A DNA stretch of 64,000 nucleotides, from positions 203,635 to 267,634 of the forward strand of contig CAWHEU010000020.1 in assembly GCA_963828465.1 (NCBI GenBank), read 5' to 3'. A program made the position numbers and the translations under genes. The notes beneath the pieces were generated by a model. That model was not told the origin of the DNA, searched no databases, and saw only the letters and a program-made list of their open reading frames with translations. Shown here one piece after another: positions 8,108-16,804 of this stretch (its first letter is position 1; each line of letters opens with the position of its first letter). This DNA comes from an uncultured Acidobacteriota bacterium. Lineage in GTDB: Bacteria > Actinomycetota > Acidimicrobiia > Spongiisociales > ZC4RG35.

Positions 8108-8683
8108 GTGGAGGGCCGCCCACTGAACGAGCAAGACCTGATCCAGAATGCAAAGAGTGGCGATGTCGCTGCCTTCGAGGCATTGGTGCAGACCCATCGG
8201 CACATTGCCCTTCGGGTGGCATTTCTCGTCGTTGGTGACCGGACCGAGGCCGAAGACGTGACCCAAGAGGCATTCGTCAAGGCATATCACGCGATGTCTC
8301 GATTCCGGGTCGACTCTTCGTTCCGACCCTGGCTGCTTCGCATCGTCCGCAACGAGGCTCTGAATCAGCGACGCCGCCGCGGACGTCAGGAACGGCTCAG
8401 CCTGCGCCTGGCCAACGACCCCGTCTCGGGAGGTGCGGCCCCATCTCCCGAGACGACGGTCATCACCGGGGTCGAGAGGCGGACGATCCTGGACGCGGTC
8501 AACGGGCTGCCCGATCGATACCGGGAGGTGGTGACGCATCGGTATCTGCTCGGCCTATCCGAAGCCGAGACCGCCGCAACGCTCCGAATCCCGGTGGGAA
8601 CGGTCAAATCACGAACGGCCCGCGCCCTCGGGCGTCTCGAACATTCCCTGTCGAGTCTCAGCGGAGGAGGCCGCGATGAGTAG
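8108..8683 (+). CDS. ECF RNA polymerase sigma factor
   Basis: GDVAAFEALV, AEDVTQEAFVKAY, FRPWLLRIVRNEA, GTVKSRTARAL. Confidence 0.93.
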   Translation: MEGRPLNEQDLIQNAKSGDVAAFEALVQTHRHIALRVAFLVVGDRTEAEDVTQEAFVKAYHAMSRFRVDSSFRPWLLRIVRNEALNQRRRRGRQERLSLRLANDPVSGGAAPSPETTVITGVERRTILDAVNGLPDRYREVVTHRYLLGLSEAETAATLRIPVGTVKSRTARALGRLEHSLSSLSGGGRDE

Positions 8684-9437
8684 GCCTATCGAGCAGGCCC
8701 TCGTGGAGCTGGCCCACCACATCGACTGGCCGGAGCCGTCGGATCAGGCGATGGGACTCCGTGGGCGTCTGGAAGGGAGTCCACGGAGCCGCACCCGACA
8801 TCGCTGGATACCGGTGACGGCCCTCATTCTCATCCTCGTGGCCTCATTGCTTCTCTTCTCGCCGACGGCCCGGGAAGCCGTGGCCGATCTGCTCGGTGTC
8901 GCCGGTATCGAGATTCGATTCGACCCCGATCCGGCTGAAGTCGTGGGTGGTGAGCTCGACCTCGGCGAGGCCGTCACCCTCGAGGAGGCGGCGGAGGCGG
9001 TGGACTTCGAATTGTCGGTGCCAGGGAATCTGGGACCACAGGACGGCGTCTTCCTGTCTGACCGGCCATCGTCCGGCAGGGTCACGATGGTGTGGGAGAG
9101 CGATGAGGCACTTCCTGCATCAGGCGACACCGGGATCGGAGTGGTCTACAGCCAATTCGCACTCGAGCTGGCCGAGGAAGCGGACTTCGTGAAGAGCGTC
9201 ATGCCGGATACATCGGTTCGGGCCGTGGAGGTCGACACCGCAATCGGGCTCTGGATCGAAGGGGCGCCCCATCTGATCTCATACGAGGACGCCGCCGGCA
9301 ATCGGGTCGAGGAAGAGACGAGGCTGGCCGGCAACGTGCTGATGTGGGAGAGCGACGGTGTCACCCATCGCCTCGAGACGACGGTGGGCCTGGGTCCAAC
9401 GCTGGCGCTGGCAGGCTCACTGCAACCGGTGGACTGA
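8676..9437 (+). CDS. Putative anti-sigma membrane protein
   Basis: Overlaps sigma gene; TM WIPVTALILILVASLLLF; PTAREAVADLLG; C-terminal LMWESDGVTHRLE. Confidence 0.7.
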   Translation: MSRPIEQALVELAHHIDWPEPSDQAMGLRGRLEGSPRSRTRHRWIPVTALILILVASLLLFSPTAREAVADLLGVAGIEIRFDPDPAEVVGGELDLGEAVTLEEAAEAVDFELSVPGNLGPQDGVFLSDRPSSGRVTMVWESDEALPASGDTGIGVVYSQFALELAEEADFVKSVMPDTSVRAVEVDTAIGLWIEGAPHLISYEDAAGNRVEEETRLAGNVLMWESDGVTHRLETTVGLGPTLALAGSLQPVD

Positions 9438-9521
9438 GGTGAGACCGGCCGGCCCGGTTTGAATAGGGAACCGATCGGTGCGACCATGTGTCGTCTCCCC
9501 ACTCGGAACAGAGGTTTTTGC

Positions 9522-9611
9522 ATGGGATCGTTGGTCAAGAAGCGTCGCAAGAAGATGTCGAAGCACAAATACCGCAAGCGTCTGAAGGCGAATCGCCACA
9601 AGCGGAAGTGA
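9522..9611 (+). CDS. 30S ribosomal protein bS22 (AURKAIP1/COX24 family); too short for the ORF track
   Basis: MGSLVKKRRKKMSKHKYRKRLKANRHKRK; RBS gagg. Confidence 0.9.
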   Translation: MGSLVKKRRKKMSKHKYRKRLKANRHKRK

Positions 9612-9617
9612 CTTCGT

Positions 9618-9651
9618 GAAAGGGCCGGCGCGAGCCGGTCCTTTCGCTTTT
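9618..9651 (+). terminator. Intrinsic terminator after bS22
   Basis: gaaagggccggc-gcga-gccggtcctttc followed by gctttt. Confidence 0.7.
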
Positions 9652-9694
9652 CTCCCCCCGAAGGGGGGAGTACCGCCGGAGGCGGGGAGGGGGG
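9652..9694. repeat. REP-like double palindrome
   Basis: ctccccccgaaggggggag-ta-ccgccggaggcgg-ggaggggg between convergent genes. Confidence 0.45.
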
Positions 9695-9700
9695 ACCGCC

Positions 9701-10522
9701 CTATTGGCCCTTCAGGTACTTCTCGATCTCTTCGACGAGACGGTCGCCGCGGTCGTCGTCGGCTTCCTGTTCCAGCCGCTCTACGTATTCCTCGAGCTCG
9801 GCGTTTCCCTCGATGGCGGCGTCCACCGTCGACAGGAACTGACGTGAGGCCGAGGCGAGGTCACCGATGTCGAGCGTGACACCGCACAACTCCGAGGCCT
9901 TGATCGCCAGTGCTTCAGTTGCCGGCGGATACTCCTGATTGGAGAGGTAGTGAGGGACAGCCGCCCACACCGAGATCACATCGATTCCGACATTGCCCAG
10001 GGAGTGATTGAGCACTCCGAGGATTCCCGTCGGCCCTTCGTATCCCGACGGGAGCAACCCGTGAATCGCCAGGTCGTCGGGCCGGTTCGCCGATCCCACC
10101 AACGGGACGGGGAGTGTGTGTGCCACCTGACCGATGAAGGCGCCCATGGTCACGGCCCGGCGAACCCCCATCACCTTCATCACTTCGACCACATCGTTGG
10201 TGAACGACTTCCACCGGTAGTGCGGCTCCTCGCCGAGGAGGATCACCATCTCCCGCTCCATGCCCCTGGCGACGTACAACTCGTTGCGCGGCCAGGAGAT
10301 CGAACGGATCCCCGTGGCGTCGAGCTCGACTATTGGTCTCCGCACCTGGAAGTCGAAATGATCGTCAGGGTCGATGATGGCGAACAGCTCGGCATCGAGC
10401 TTGTCGAGAAACTCGGAAACTGCCTGACTCGCCGACTCGCCGGCGTCACCCCAGCCTTCGAAGGCGACTAGGGCGACCGGGTCCTGGAGGACCGGACGGT
10501 CGAGCCATTGCAACGAGCCCAT
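9701..10522 (-). CDS. PAC2 family proteasome assembly chaperone-like protein
   Basis: AFEGWGDAGESA, GEEPHYRW, YEGPTGI, WAAVPHY. Confidence 0.9.
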   Translation of the reverse strand: MGSLQWLDRPVLQDPVALVAFEGWGDAGESASQAVSEFLDKLDAELFAIIDPDDHFDFQVRRPIVELDATGIRSISWPRNELYVARGMEREMVILLGEEPHYRWKSFTNDVVEVMKVMGVRRAVTMGAFIGQVAHTLPVPLVGSANRPDDLAIHGLLPSGYEGPTGILGVLNHSLGNVGIDVISVWAAVPHYLSNQEYPPATEALAIKASELCGVTLDIGDLASASRQFLSTVDAAIEGNAELEEYVERLEQEADDDRGDRLVEEIEKYLKGQ

Positions 10523-10633
10523 CGCTCCAACCTACTCCCCGTCCCTGGCTAGGGATTCACTCCGCGTGGGGGCGAAACCGCCTCAAACGCAGCGCTGAAC
10601 TGCTGCCTTCACACGGCAAGGGAAGCGCCTCTG

Positions 10634-10843
10634 TCAGCCGAATACGGCGTAGCCCTGCCCCTCGATGGCCTTCTTGATCGACCCGAGCTCGACGCGCGTG
10701 TCGTCGTACGCGACCCTCACCGTGGCATCTGCGATGCCGACCTCCACCGATTGCACGCCATCGATGATCCCGACAGCGCCTTCGATGCTCGTCTTGCACT
10801 GATCGCAGTGGATCTCCGGAGCCTGCAGGAGAACCTCGCTCAT
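10634..10843 (-). CDS. Heavy-metal-associated (CopZ-like) chaperone
   Basis: IHCDQC metal motif; IKKAIEGQGY. Confidence 0.88.
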   Translation of the reverse strand: MSEVLLQAPEIHCDQCKTSIEGAVGIIDGVQSVEVGIADATVRVAYDDTRVELGSIKKAIEGQGYAVFG

Positions 10844-10885
10844 GACATCGAGGCTACTCGTTGCTTCCTATCGGTCACCAGACGC

Positions 10886-10918
10886 GCAAAACGCACCGGC
10901 ATCGCCGATGCGTTTTGC
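10886..10918. terminator. Hairpin downstream of the small Cys-rich gene
   Basis: gcaaaacgcaccggc-atc-gccgatgcgttttgc. Confidence 0.55.
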
Positions 10919-10970
10919 ATTTTCTGACTCGGAACGGGGAGGGGGAGAGGACCTGTCCCGGTCAGAGTCC

Positions 10971-11168
10971 TCAGGCGTCTTGTCCGTCCATGATCTTGCC
11001 GCGGACCCGGGGGAACCGGACCGGGGCATGAGCATGGCAGTACTCCGCCTTGTTGTATTGGGAAAGCTTGGTGGTGCAGCCCTTCTTGGCGCAGACGCGG
11101 CCTTCGTTGAATCTCTTCGAAGGTCGGGTCATGCCCTTGATGGCGGCCCCTCTAACGATGTCTGTCAT
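10971..11168 (-). CDS. Small basic protein with a C-x4-C-x12-C-x2-H putative zinc finger
   Basis: Strong RBS aaggagg; CAKKGC...YCHAH. Confidence 0.7.
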   Translation of the reverse strand: MTDIVRGAAIKGMTRPSKRFNEGRVCAKKGCTTKLSQYNKAEYCHAHAPVRFPRVRGKIMDGQDA

Positions 11169-11447
11169 TTCAGTGGCCCTCCTTGACCTGGGCCGGTGAT
11201 TAGTTCAAGTCTCTTGTGATCTCATTGTTTGCCGGTACGAGGATCCCGGAGGATTCTCGTGCGCACCGTCACTGTGCGAGCCAGCCCTTAAAGCGGCGGT
11301 AAACAACCGCTCCCGGGATTGAGACGTCGGGAAGCCCGAATCGGTTCCCTGGATAGCCCAGTCTATCTCCGGGTCACCGACCATCGCCAGACCAGCCTGC
11401 GGCGATGTACTCATGGTCATCGGCAGGGCGGGTCGGCGACCTGAGCA

Positions 11448-13413
11448 TCACTCGATGCCGAGCTTCCTCAGGAATGCGGTGTTGTCGGGCTCACGACCGA
11501 GAAAAGCGCTGAGCATCTCATCGGCATCGACCGAGCCGCCCTTCTCCAACACCTCCCGCCGGTAGGCCATTCCGACCTCCGGGTTGGTGACTCCCTCTTT
11601 CTCGAACCGGGAAAACATGTCGTCTCCGAACACTTCGGACCACATGTACCCGTAATAGGCGGCGTCGTAACCACCCATGAGGTGGCCGAACGAGGCAAGG
11701 GCGAAAGTGCCCTCGTGGAATGGGATGAGGCCCAGAGTCGCCCCTTCCCGGAGGACGATGGCGAGGTCGATCTCTGCGTCGGTCCCGTGGATCGTCTGGT
11801 CCCACCACCCGTATTGGAGCTGGCGGAGCTGGTGGATGGACACATTGAGCTGGCGAGCGGCGACCAATTGCTCGACCAGGTGATCGGGGATGGGGTCACC
11901 GGTCTGGTGGTGGCGGGCGAAACGGCTGAGAACCTCGGCGCGCCACACCCAATGCTGCATGATCTGACTCGGCGCCTCCACGAAGTCTCTCTCCACGCTG
12001 GTCCCCGCGAACCTGGCGAGCTCGGTCCTGCCCAGGTTCTGGTGGAGGACATGGCCGAACTCGTGGAAGAGCGTTTCGACCTCGCCGTGTTGGAGCAATG
12101 ATGGAGCCGAAGCGGTCGGCTTGGTGAAGTTGGCGACCATGGCGCACACCGGGTTCTGATACGAGCCGTCCTCCAGTCGTCGGCTCATGACCAATGGGAA
12201 CTCGGCGGCATGGCCGTACTTGCCCTCGCGGTGGAAGAGATCGAGATAGAAATGGGCGAGCTCCTCGCCGCTCCCGGCGTCGTGGATGCCGAACAAACGC
12301 ACATCGGGATGCCAGACGTCCGGATCCTGGATTTCGCGGAACTCGAGGCCGAACGTCTCCTGGACCAGGTCGAACATCCCGCCGAGCACCGAGTCGAGCG
12401 GGAAGTAGTTGGCCACCTCGAAAGGATCGACGCCGTAGTCGGTGCGACGCTGCTGGGTGTCGTAGAAACGCCAGTCCCAGGTCTGGATCTGGCTGTCGCC
12501 TGTGTCGGCTTGGAGCAGCTCACCCAAGGCCGCCAGATCGATCTCGCCTTGCTTGGTGAGCGGTGGCACGAGGTCTTCATAGAACGCCGCCACCCGCTCC
12601 GGATCCTTGGCCATCCTGTCCTCGAGCCGATGATGGGACCAACTGGGGACGCCGAACTCCTCTGCAATCTGATAACGCAAGTTCGCGGGCCTCCTCCAGG
12701 ATCTTCCGGTTGGCCTCGACTGCCTGTGTGTTGAACTTGAACGACAACTCCTCGCGCAGATCGCGGCGCGTGGCGTTCTCGATGAAGGGGATGAGATGGG
12801 GGTAGGCGAGAGTCACCTTGAGCTTGCCCGTCTCCTCGTCGGTCTCGAGCGACTCGGCGAAGCTGGGAGGCAGGCCATCCAGCTCCTCCGGGTCGACGAG
12901 GATGTGGTCCTCCCATTCGTCGATGTTCTCTTGGAAGCGGACCCCGAGCTCGACCAGGCGCTGGGTCCTCTCCTTGACCCTGGCCCTCGCCTCGGGTGAG
13001 AGCTCGTGGCCGGCATGACGCAGATCTCTGAGGGTGAACTCGACCAGACGAGCCTTCTCGCCCTCCAAGCCCTCCGCCTCATCGGTGGCGGCGTATTCCT
13101 TGATGGCTGAATTGAGGTCGTCGCGGAAGACCATCTCCACGCCGAACGTCTCCAGTTTCTCCTCGGCGGCCTTGGCCTGAGAGCGGATCTCCTTCTCGGG
13201 GTGGACATAGCCCATGAAGGCGTGGGTGGCATTGGCCTTGGAGAGCACGTCCGCGATCTGGTCGAGGGGGAGCATGGTGTTCTCGAAGGTCCGGGTCTCT
13301 TTCGGTGCGACGAGAGCCTCGAGGATCTCTTGCGCCCCCTCGAGCGCCTCGTCCATCCCCGTGCTCACCTTGTCCGCAGTCACCTGGGAGAACCCAAAAT
13401 CCAAATTCGTCAT
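11448..13413 (-). CDS. M3 family (thimet oligopeptidase-like) metallopeptidase; frameshift near 12680
   Basis: FHEFGH zinc motif, DFVEAPSQ, YYGYMWSEV; N-terminal half lies in the 12577-13422 ORF. Confidence 0.88.
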
Positions 13414-13464
13414 GCCTGGCACGGTAGCGAGGAGCCCAGTACCTACTTTCTAAGGTTCGGTTCC

Positions 13465-14616
13465 ATGTGGGCTCTGAACCCATACACCCGGCATCTCAAC
13501 CATGGCTCGTTTGGGGCGGTGCTAAACGAAGTGCTCGAGTTGCAGACGGAGTGGCGGCGGAGGTTCGAGGCCGATCCCAGCCGTTTTGTGTGGCGGCAGT
13601 TGCAGCCCGCCATGGACCGTTCTCGGGAGGCTGTTGGCGAATTCGTGGGGGCCGACCCAGTCGGCCTGGCACCGGTGCGGAACGCGACCACCGGGATCGC
13701 ATCGGTTCTTCAATCATTCGAGCCCTTGCTCCGGCCCGGCGACCAGTTGCTGACTACAGCCCATGACTACAACGCGGTCCGTCAGATCCTCCGCTTCACC
13801 GGCGAGCGGACTGGGGCCGACGTGGTGGTGGCCCGGGTGCCGTTTCCCATCGAAGGCCCGGATCAGGTCACCGACGCGGTCCTCGCCGCCGTGACGCCGA
13901 AGACGAAGCTGGCCGTCATCGACCATGTCACGTCGCCTTCGGCGCTGGTATTTCCAATCGAGGACATCGTCGCTGCTCTCGAGCCCGATATCCCGGTTGT
14001 CGTCGACGGGGCGCATGGCCCGGGACAGGTGCCATTGGCGATCGATGATCTGGGCTCGTCCTGGTACACCGGGAACCTGCACAAGTGGGCGTGCGCTCCC
14101 AAGGGGGCGGCATTCCTCCACTCGAGAGCCGACCGGATCGAGATGACGGTGCCGGCTGTCATCTCCCACGGATACAACGCCGAGGTCGAGACATCAGAGG
14201 ATCGGTACCACGCGCTGTTCGATTGGCTGGGCACGGACGATTTCAGCGCCTGGGCTGTGGTGCCCGACGCCCTGCGTCTGGTGGGCGGGTTGGAGGCGGG
14301 AGGTTGGGACGCCGTGATGAAGCGCAACCACGACCTCGTCCTCTATGGGCGGGGTCTGATTTCGGAGACGGTCGGCACTCCTTTGCCGGCGCCTGATGAG
14401 ATGGTGGGTTCCATGGCCTCCGTTGTTCTGCCCGATGCCACCGGCCCGGACCCCGGTGGCGAGCTATCCCCGATGATGGATGACCTATTCGATGCCGGCT
14501 TTTCGACCATCGTGATGAACTGGCCGCGATGGCCCAGCCAGCTGCTGCGCATCTCCGCCCATCTCCACAACACCGCTGACGATTATTCGGCCCTGGCCGC
14601 GATGCTGCGAACCTGA
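13465..14616 (+). CDS. Class V PLP aminotransferase (isopenicillin N epimerase/EgtE-like)
   Basis: HLNHGSFGA, NATTG, VDGAHGPG, GNLHKWACAPKG. Confidence 0.88.
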   Translation: MWALNPYTRHLNHGSFGAVLNEVLELQTEWRRRFEADPSRFVWRQLQPAMDRSREAVGEFVGADPVGLAPVRNATTGIASVLQSFEPLLRPGDQLLTTAHDYNAVRQILRFTGERTGADVVVARVPFPIEGPDQVTDAVLAAVTPKTKLAVIDHVTSPSALVFPIEDIVAALEPDIPVVVDGAHGPGQVPLAIDDLGSSWYTGNLHKWACAPKGAAFLHSRADRIEMTVPAVISHGYNAEVETSEDRYHALFDWLGTDDFSAWAVVPDALRLVGGLEAGGWDAVMKRNHDLVLYGRGLISETVGTPLPAPDEMVGSMASVVLPDATGPDPGGELSPMMDDLFDAGFSTIVMNWPRWPSQLLRISAHLHNTADDYSALAAMLRT

Positions 14617-14657
14617 GGTTCCTCGGCCCGGATACGGGCTGTAGTACCTGAGGTTCG
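14611..14657 (+). repeat. 47-nt imperfect palindromic dispersed repeat, copy 1
   Basis: Core cccggatacgggc...ctgaggttcg; aligns without gaps to the copy at 56970-57016. Confidence 0.65.
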
Positions 14658-14668
14658 GGGTAGCCCGC

Positions 14669-15907
14669 TCAGAAGCGGGGCGGTGGGGCGAAGAGGGCCT
14701 CGGCCTGGTCAGGGGTCAGGTTCTCTGACTGGTTGAATCCGGGCCGTCCGATCGCGGCGCTGATACCGATGGCCGGGTCGGGCAGCTCGACAGGTGAGTC
14801 GCTCCCACCGATCACCTTGACCCCCGCCTCGAGCAACGACCGGAAGGGATAGACCCGGTTCATCCGGTCATCTCCGAGGCGCTTTTCCAGCCAGTCGCCC
14901 TCCGACGCGAGGAAGGCGGGCTGGACCGAGGCGGTGACGCCGAGCCGAGCCATTCGCTCGATCGCCGCGTCGGTCAAGAGCGAGGCGTGCTCGACTCGAA
15001 GACGCTCCGGATCCGCCCCCATGTCGACCAGCTCTTCGAACACATCGAGGACTCGGTCGTTGGCCCGATCCCCGATGGCGTGGATGGCCACCGAACCTCC
15101 CAGCATCATCGAGGCCCGGGCCATGTTCAGGGCGTGCTCTGAGTCGAGTCGATCGGTGCCGCTGGTATCGGGTCGATCGGCGAATGGCTCGTGCATCGCC
15201 GCGGTATGGCCACCGAAACTGCCATCGGCGAAGTCCTTCCAGCCGAGGAAGCGGATCCTGCCCTGTGTGTTGCGGATCTTCTCGGCGGCTTCTGCCAGCT
15301 GATGGGTGTCGGAGGCGATGACCAGGACGTCGACATCGATGGGCAGGGCAGGGGCAAGACGACACAGGGCGTCGAGCTCGTCGCGGACCCCGCACCAGAG
15401 CGGCTCGCCCACCGAGACGATCCCGGTCACGGATCCGATGCCCATTCTGGTGAGGTCGCCTAGGGCGCGCAGGATGGCCGAGTCCGGGGGTCCGGTCACC
15501 AACGGGGCGATTGCCGACGAGACGGTCTGGATCGCCGTCTCTCGAAGCACCCCGTTGGGCGCACCCGCCACGTCGCGGTCGAATGACCCACCTTCCGGAT
15601 CGGTGCTGTCGCTATCGACCCCGGCGAGCGACAACGCTGCGCTGTTGGCCACCGCGATGTGACCGCAGTACCGGTAGATCAGAACGGGTCGGTCACCGAT
15701 GACATCGTCCAGGTCGTCCCGGGTGGGCAGCCGCCGTTCGGCCAACCCCTCGTCGTTGAGACGTTGGCCGATCACCGGGCCTTCCACCCGGCTGGCGAAT
15801 TCGCCGACCCGACGCGCCACCGTGTCCAGATCGGGGGCGTCCATCAGCTCCAAACCGGTCACGAGGGCGGCGTAACCCAGCGGATGGAAGTGGTGGTCGT
15901 GATACAT
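14669..15907 (-). CDS. Amidohydrolase family 3 (YtcJ-like) protein
   Basis: DHHFH, KDFADGSFG, HAIGDRA, RVEHAS, GSDSPV; TGATG overlap with the upstream gene. Confidence 0.85.
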   Translation of the reverse strand: MYHDHHFHPLGYAALVTGLELMDAPDLDTVARRVGEFASRVEGPVIGQRLNDEGLAERRLPTRDDLDDVIGDRPVLIYRYCGHIAVANSAALSLAGVDSDSTDPEGGSFDRDVAGAPNGVLRETAIQTVSSAIAPLVTGPPDSAILRALGDLTRMGIGSVTGIVSVGEPLWCGVRDELDALCRLAPALPIDVDVLVIASDTHQLAEAAEKIRNTQGRIRFLGWKDFADGSFGGHTAAMHEPFADRPDTSGTDRLDSEHALNMARASMMLGGSVAIHAIGDRANDRVLDVFEELVDMGADPERLRVEHASLLTDAAIERMARLGVTASVQPAFLASEGDWLEKRLGDDRMNRVYPFRSLLEAGVKVIGGSDSPVELPDPAIGISAAIGRPGFNQSENLTPDQAEALFAPPPRF

Positions 15908-16713
15908 CAGAGGAGATGCTCGGGCATCGAATCGTCGACGATCTGACGCAGTTCCTCGTGGATCTTCCCGTTGGTGACCACGAATGCGGACGGCTGGAGC
16001 TCGTTGGTCGATCCCTTGCTGTCCGTCGCCGATCCACCGGCCTCGGTGACCAGCAGCATCCCGGCCGCCGCGTCCCACGGCTTGACGCCGGCCGGGCCGC
16101 CATGCTCCCAGTAGCCATCGAATCGTCCACAGGCCACCCACGCCATGTCGAGGGCGGCAGCCCCCATGCGTCTCGTGCCCCGTGATCGCGTCATCACTTG
16201 CTCCATGACGTGAAGATAGGCACGGGCATGCTCCTGCCGGTCGTAGGGGAAACCGGTGACCAGCAGGGAGTCCAGGAGTGATGCCGCTTCGGAGACGCGG
16301 ATAGGCCTCCCATTCGATCGGGCTCCCTCGCCCTGGCTGGCGACGAACTCCTCATCCCGGGCGACATCGATCACAACGCCGACCAGCGGTCTTCCCTCGT
16401 CCCAGAGGGCGACCGATACCGCGACTTGGGGGATGCGATTGACGAAATTGACCGTGCCGTCGAGCGGATCGATGATCCACACCCGGCGTCCGCGCCAGTC
16501 TGCTCCTCCCCCTTCTTCGGCCAGGATCGAGTCGTTGGGGAAATGCGATGCGATGACGCTCGTGATGGCGTATTCCGCCTCGTGGTCGATCTCTGTGACC
16601 GGGTCCACCACTCCCTTCATCTCAGTGGTGAACTCCTCGTCGAAGCCACGGCGCACCACGCCGGCGCCGGCCCGCGCCGCACGCACCGCAACCCAAACAT
16701 CACCTTCCCACAT
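15907..16713 (-). CDS. suhB: Inositol monophosphatase family protein (SuhB-like)
   Basis: WIIDPLDGTVNF, GAAALDMAWVACGRFDGYWE, PWDAAAG. Confidence 0.88.
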   Translation of the reverse strand: MWEGDVWVAVRAARAGAGVVRRGFDEEFTTEMKGVVDPVTEIDHEAEYAITSVIASHFPNDSILAEEGGGADWRGRRVWIIDPLDGTVNFVNRIPQVAVSVALWDEGRPLVGVVIDVARDEEFVASQGEGARSNGRPIRVSEAASLLDSLLVTGFPYDRQEHARAYLHVMEQVMTRSRGTRRMGAAALDMAWVACGRFDGYWEHGGPAGVKPWDAAAGMLLVTEAGGSATDSKGSTNELQPSAFVVTNGKIHEELRQIVDDSMPEHLL

Positions 16714-16804
16714 GGCTTCAGGATACGGGTCGGCACACGCCGCGTTCCCGATGCAAGGCGTCACGCGGTGCAGAAAGAATCAAGCACGGCATACTCTCCC
16801 GCCG

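Noticed and set aside
10535-10630. Hairpin-rich spacer between copZ and PAC2 as an ncRNA
   Set aside because: No recognisable family and no second copy in the window
16256-16804. Long N-terminal extension of lnt
   Set aside because: It is antisense to suhB; a leaderless GTG start at 16805 fits better
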